NCBI GenBank assembly: GCA_903821745.1
Contig: CAIJMI010000005.1
Span: 135,802 to 199,801 of the forward strand
Length of the DNA: 64,000 bases
Source of the DNA: Candidatus Gottesmanbacteria bacterium
GTDB taxonomy: Bacteria > Patescibacteriota > Microgenomatia > UBA10105 > UBA927
Direction of reading: 5' to 3'
The notes under the pieces are model-generated. The model saw nothing but the letters and a program-made list of their open reading frames with translations, did not search any database and was not told where the DNA came from. Positions 60,323-64,000 of this stretch are shown here, piece after piece (within the stretch, counting starts at the first letter, position 1; the number at the start of each line of letters is the position of its first letter). The position numbers were made by a program, and so were the translations under genes.

Positions 60323-61591
60323 TAATTCAATTGCCTTCAGAAGTTGTGCATCATGTGTCGCCTCTGGAGAATCCAGTTTCACTTCAACATCCGGTGTAAT
60401 GCCTTTTTTGTGAATCCAATCACCATTTGGCAACAACCATTTTCCTGTGGTGATATGCACGCTCGCTCCTCCGGACAAATCCTGTGGTGTTTGCACGGAA
60501 CCTTTTCCAAACGACGTGACTCCAACAATAGTTGCCCGTTTATGATCTTTAAGCGCTCCAGCAACGATTTCAGCCGCAGATGCACTTCCCTTGTTAATTA
60601 AGACCACAAGTGGAATATCCGTTAGTTTTCCTTTTCGGTCAATAGACAGTGCTTCTTTTGATCCATCACTGTTTGTTTGGGTGACAACGATGCCGCTTTT
60701 CAAAAATTCACTGGCAATAAATACAGCCCCATCCAGATATCCACCTGGATTATTTCGTAAATCAAATACCAATCCTTTTGCACCCTGTGCTGCTGTTTTT
60801 GCAATGATATCGTCAACCGCCGTTAACCATTCTTCATTGGTTCGATCGCCAAACCGGGAAAGGTAGATATAACCAACAGCGTTCTTGTTTGAAAATAACG
60901 CTGGTGTTACAACACCTGATATTTCAGTAATGTCTGCCGGCGTCTTCACCCAATATTCGACCGATGGAACAACTATGGCATCGCGAATAATCGTGACGTC
61001 TTCAGGTGTTTTTGACTTATCATGCAAAATCGTCAATGTCACTTTCGTTCCTTTTGTTCCACGAATTTTGGTAACAGCCTGATTTAAGGTCCACCCAACT
61101 GTTTCATCACCATTTACTTTCATGATCCAATCCATTGATTTTAATCCCACCTTTTCAGCAGGCGATCCCTTCAGAGGTGCTTGGATAATAATTTTATTAT
61201 CAATAAGCCCGAGTTGTGCACCAATTCCTTGGAAGGATCCACCAATATCTTCCTTAAATTCCGTATTCTCTTTCGGAGTCAAAAAGGTGGTGTAAGGATC
61301 ATCCAAAGAATTCACCATGCCAGAAATTGCCCCATAGACCATTTTCTGTGCATCTATGCTCGGTGCATCGATATAATAGGTACGAAGCCGTTGCCACACA
61401 TCCCAAAACAGAGAAAAATCGACTTTTACGTTGGAGGGTACGTCCTGATTAATAACAGCTGTTGCAGAAAGTGTTGGAGCCTTGGAAAAGACGCGGTTCT
61501 CTCCCAAACGATATCCAATGCCACCAATTAACACAGAAACAGCGATAGCAAGGATAATGGTACGGATTTTTGAAAACGGCAGAGTCTTCAT
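60311..61591 (-). CDS. C-terminal processing peptidase (S41, CtpA-like) with a PDZ domain.
   Basis: S41 catalytic region NKGSASAAEIVAGALKD. PDZ domain. N-terminal TM. Confidence 0.88.
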   Translation of the reverse strand: MKTLPFSKIRTIILAIAVSVLIGGIGYRLGENRVFSKAPTLSATAVINQDVPSNVKVDFSLFWDVWQRLRTYYIDAPSIDAQKMVYGAISGMVNSLDDPYTTFLTPKENTEFKEDIGGSFQGIGAQLGLIDNKIIIQAPLKGSPAEKVGLKSMDWIMKVNGDETVGWTLNQAVTKIRGTKGTKVTLTILHDKSKTPEDVTIIRDAIVVPSVEYWVKTPADITEISGVVTPALFSNKNAVGYIYLSRFGDRTNEEWLTAVDDIIAKTAAQGAKGLVFDLRNNPGGYLDGAVFIASEFLKSGIVVTQTNSDGSKEALSIDRKGKLTDIPLVVLINKGSASAAEIVAGALKDHKRATIVGVTSFGKGSVQTPQDLSGGASVHITTGKWLLPNGDWIHKKGITPDVEVKLDSPEATHDAQLLKAIELLLK

Positions 61592-61611
61592 TAATTTTTA
61601 AGTGTATACCT

Positions 61612-61851
61612 TTATGCGCGGACAATAAATGGCAACATTGCCATAAATCGTGCTCTCTTCAATTCTCGACCAATGGACCGTTGGTGGGTACTGCAGATAC
61701 CAGTACGTGCTTTTCCAAGAATTTTTCCCCGTTCACTCGTATATTTTAACAGTGCATTGACTTCTTTGTAGTCTGGTTCTGTTTTGTTTGCACAGAATGG
61801 ACAATTCTTTGCTACTGGTCGAAGTTTTGGTGCGCGTCGTGCAAATGCCAT
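61612..61851 (-). CDS. rpsR: Ribosomal protein S18.
   Basis: CPFC...DYKEVNALLKYTSERGKIL is canonical S18. Confidence 0.92.
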   Translation of the reverse strand: MAFARRAPKLRPVAKNCPFCANKTEPDYKEVNALLKYTSERGKILGKARTGICSTHQRSIGRELKRARFMAMLPFIVRA

Positions 61852-61864
61852 AAATATCCTTTAC

Positions 61865-62347
61865 TTAAAATGGTATATCGTCGGGATTAACTTGTTCGTT
61901 AACCTGTTCGGTAACCGGTGTTGTTTCTACGGGTGTTTCTACTTGTTTTTCAACGACTGGTGTTTCATCAACTGGTTCTGCCCCATGGGTTTCTTCTCCG
62001 TTTACTGGTCGTTTTGAATCCAAAATAATCATGTCCTCAATCACAACTTCCGTGGTGTTTCGTTGTGATCCATCTTGTCCCTGCCATTGATTCGTTCGAA
62101 GTCGTCCTTCAACATAAATCTTGCGCCCCTTTACCAAAAGTTGGCTGCAAAGTTCTGCAAGCTTGTTCCAGGCAACAACGCGGTGAAATTCTGTTTCTTC
62201 TTTCTTTTCTCCTGCTTCCGTTGTCCATTGGCGATTGGTTGCAAGACCGATCGTACAAACTGCAGCACCAGTTGGGGTATACCGAAGTTCTGGGTCGCGG
62301 GTTAAATTACCTATAAGCTGTACTTTATTTAAAGATCGAGATGACAT
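61865..62347 (-). CDS. ssb: Single-stranded DNA-binding protein.
   Basis: OB fold (LNKVQLIGNLTRDPELRYTPTGAAV) and an acidic C-terminal tip DDIPF. Start at the Met of MSSRSLNKV. Confidence 0.9.
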   Translation of the reverse strand: MSSRSLNKVQLIGNLTRDPELRYTPTGAAVCTIGLATNRQWTTEAGEKKEETEFHRVVAWNKLAELCSQLLVKGRKIYVEGRLRTNQWQGQDGSQRNTTEVVIEDMIILDSKRPVNGEETHGAEPVDETPVVEKQVETPVETTPVTEQVNEQVNPDDIPF

Positions 62348-62348
62348 A

Positions 62349-62633
62349 TTACCCCTCCTTTTCAAGCAACATAAACCGAATTATGTCTGTTCCAAGCTTT
62401 GATTCCGTTTCAAGATCACCGGTTTTAAGAGCTGACCCAGCAAGTGTTGCAAGGATATAAATACCTTCTTTGTGTTTTTTAATGGGGTATGCCAATTCTT
62501 TTTTCCCAAGTACTGTCACTTCTTTCAGTGTTGCGCCTTTTACCAGCTTCAAAAGAAGCTCATCACGTTTTTTTGTGTCTTCCACAGGAAAATCGCTTTT
62601 GACAATGACCATCAATTCATAGGTTCGTTTCAT
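62349..62633 (-). CDS. rpsF: Ribosomal protein S6.
   Basis: MKRTYELMVIVKSD is canonical S6. Order rpsF-ssb-rpsR. Confidence 0.92.
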   Translation of the reverse strand: MKRTYELMVIVKSDFPVEDTKKRDELLLKLVKGATLKEVTVLGKKELAYPIKKHKEGIYILATLAGSALKTGDLETESKLGTDIIRFMLLEKEG

Positions 62634-62681
62634 ACGAGGGATAATATCACAAAAGAAGGACTTGAGGCAATAAGAAAAAGC

Positions 62682-63764
62682 TTACGCTCCTATCTTAAAC
62701 TCAACCACATCCCCATCCTGCATCACGTACTCTCTTCCCTCTTGCCGTACATGTCCATGCTCCCGAGCGCCTTTCCATCCAGAAGATGCAATAAAGTCAG
62801 AAAAGGTGACACAATCGGCTTTAATAAATTTCTTTTCAAAATCCGTATGGATGACTCCTGCTGCCTGCGGTGCTTTGGTTCCCCGAACAATCGTCCAGGC
62901 TCTGGCTTCAATCACACCGGTTGTTAAAAACGAAATCAACCCCAGCATGTCATACGTTTTTTGAATCAAACGGTCAAGTCCAGACGTGGAAAGCCCAAGA
63001 GACGCAAGATAATCTTTTTGTTCTGCAGCAGAAAGACTGGCAAGTTCACTCTCGGTTTTTGCACAGATGACAATGGCATTCCCCAATTGTTTGATGACAT
63101 CTTCTTCCGCAGTTATCTGCGCTTCAGAGACATTCAGCACGTAGAGTACCGGTTTCATGGATAACAAATGCAAGTCATTGATCAATGCCCGCTCATCTTC
63201 ATCCGTAATGACATCTCGTGCGTTCTTTCCCTGATTCAAGGCTTCCTTCAAACGAACAACGAGATCCCATTTCTTTTGCGTATCATGATCAATTTTTCCT
63301 CGTGGTTCCTGTTGTTTCTCCAGAGTCTGCATGTCAGAAAAAATCAGTTCTGTTTCAATAATATCGCGGTCCCGAAGCGGATTAATTTCTCCCGCAACGT
63401 TAACGACCGTTGAGTCTTCAAAATACCGGACGACGTGACAGATAATATCGGTTTCTCGAATGTGGGATAAGAATTTGTTTCCCAAGCCCTCTCCCTGTGA
63501 TGCACCTTTCACCAAACCTGCAATATCGACAAACTCCACAATTGCTGGAACCAAGGGAGGCAATTTTTCCATTTTCTCTTCTGCTTTGGTAACTTCAGCA
63601 AGGGCAGCAAGCCGTACGTCCGGAACTGGAACGACACCGACGTTTGGCTCAATCGTACAAAACGGATACGGCGCGGCGTCAGCAACCTGTTTTTTTAAGA
63701 GTGCATTAAACAACGTACTCTTTCCTGCGTTTGGGAGACCAACGATGCCAATTCGTAAATTCAT
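62682..63764 (-). CDS. ychF: Ribosome-binding ATPase YchF (Obg-family).
   Basis: G1 GLPNAGKST. YchF-specific N-terminus MNLRIGIVGLPNAGKSTLFNAL. C-terminal TGS domain. Confidence 0.92.
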   Translation of the reverse strand: MNLRIGIVGLPNAGKSTLFNALLKKQVADAAPYPFCTIEPNVGVVPVPDVRLAALAEVTKAEEKMEKLPPLVPAIVEFVDIAGLVKGASQGEGLGNKFLSHIRETDIICHVVRYFEDSTVVNVAGEINPLRDRDIIETELIFSDMQTLEKQQEPRGKIDHDTQKKWDLVVRLKEALNQGKNARDVITDEDERALINDLHLLSMKPVLYVLNVSEAQITAEEDVIKQLGNAIVICAKTESELASLSAAEQKDYLASLGLSTSGLDRLIQKTYDMLGLISFLTTGVIEARAWTIVRGTKAPQAAGVIHTDFEKKFIKADCVTFSDFIASSGWKGAREHGHVRQEGREYVMQDGDVVEFKIGA

Positions 63765-63766
63765 AC

Positions 63767-63979
63767 TCAGATTCTATCATGGACGTACCCAAATAACACA
63801 TCCTCAACTTGGTTTCTGTTCTGTTTAGTAAGTACATCTATGCGACAACGGGATAATACTATTCGGTTATCGATAGATATAGATTCATCAATGAGGGACA
63901 AAATGATATATGGATCATCATCCCCTGCAATACGGTTGACAGAAATTGCACCACAACCGAGACATCGATGAATAATCAT
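63767..63979 (-). CDS. Small CxxC-containing hypothetical protein.
   Basis: 70-aa ORF. Only a CLGCG motif is recognised. Near the window edge. Confidence 0.3.
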   Translation of the reverse strand: MIIHRCLGCGAISVNRIAGDDDPYIILSLIDESISIDNRIVLSRCRIDVLTKQNRNQVEDVLFGYVHDRI

Positions 63980-64000
63980 AAGTTCTCCACTTATCTTTCC

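Overview
This is a tightly packed, moderately AT-rich bacterial chromosomal segment. Most of it is translation, replication and cell-envelope housekeeping, with one unusual ORF-free stretch.

The main content, in order:
- Translation and RNA processing: thrS-infC-rpmI-rplT, pheS-pheT, tyrS, rpmF-nusB-rnc, rpsP-KH-trmD, hisS, rpmE-prfA, and rpsF-ssb-rpsR-ychF on the minus strand.
- Replication and topology: recG, holB-like, gyrB-hppA-gyrA, dnaB.
- A complete type IV pilus locus on the minus strand (16.4-29.4 kb): pilM/N/O, a PilX-like gene, six prepilin-type pilins, pilD, a large GT-C-fold DUF2723 membrane protein, a candidate major pilin, and pilC/pilT/pilB. There is no pilP or pilQ secretin, which points to a monoderm envelope.
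- Cell wall and envelope: class A PBP, ddl, sortase (partial at the window start), lgt, a LytR_C protein and a CtpA S41 peptidase.
- One tRNA-Leu(CAA), and a Xer-like tyrosine recombinase.

Several proteins have reduced domain architectures: ThrRS lacks its N-terminal domains, PheT is short, RF1 lacks domain 1, and holB lacks a P-loop. Together with the secretin-less pilus and a membrane H+-pyrophosphatase, this suggests a small-genome monoderm lineage, possibly Patescibacteria/CPR-like. That is an inference, not something the sequence proves.

The most unusual feature is a ~1.5 kb ORF-free region (41737-43224) next to the Xer-like recombinase gene. It holds a diverged higher-order tandem repeat: six ~41-nt units with spacers alternating ~37 and ~65 nt, giving a ~181-bp super-period about three times. 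Each unit carries an inverted repeat TTTAGCGC-N7-GCGCTAAA, some copies show compensatory substitutions in the arms, and each carries a TTCGARGCTAAA motif. An extra diverged copy lies ~550 bp upstream, and a perfect DnaA box lies at the distal end. This is not a CRISPR array and is not explained by any protein gene. Candidates are a small-RNA or structured-ncRNA locus, or an array of palindromic protein-binding or recombinase sites.
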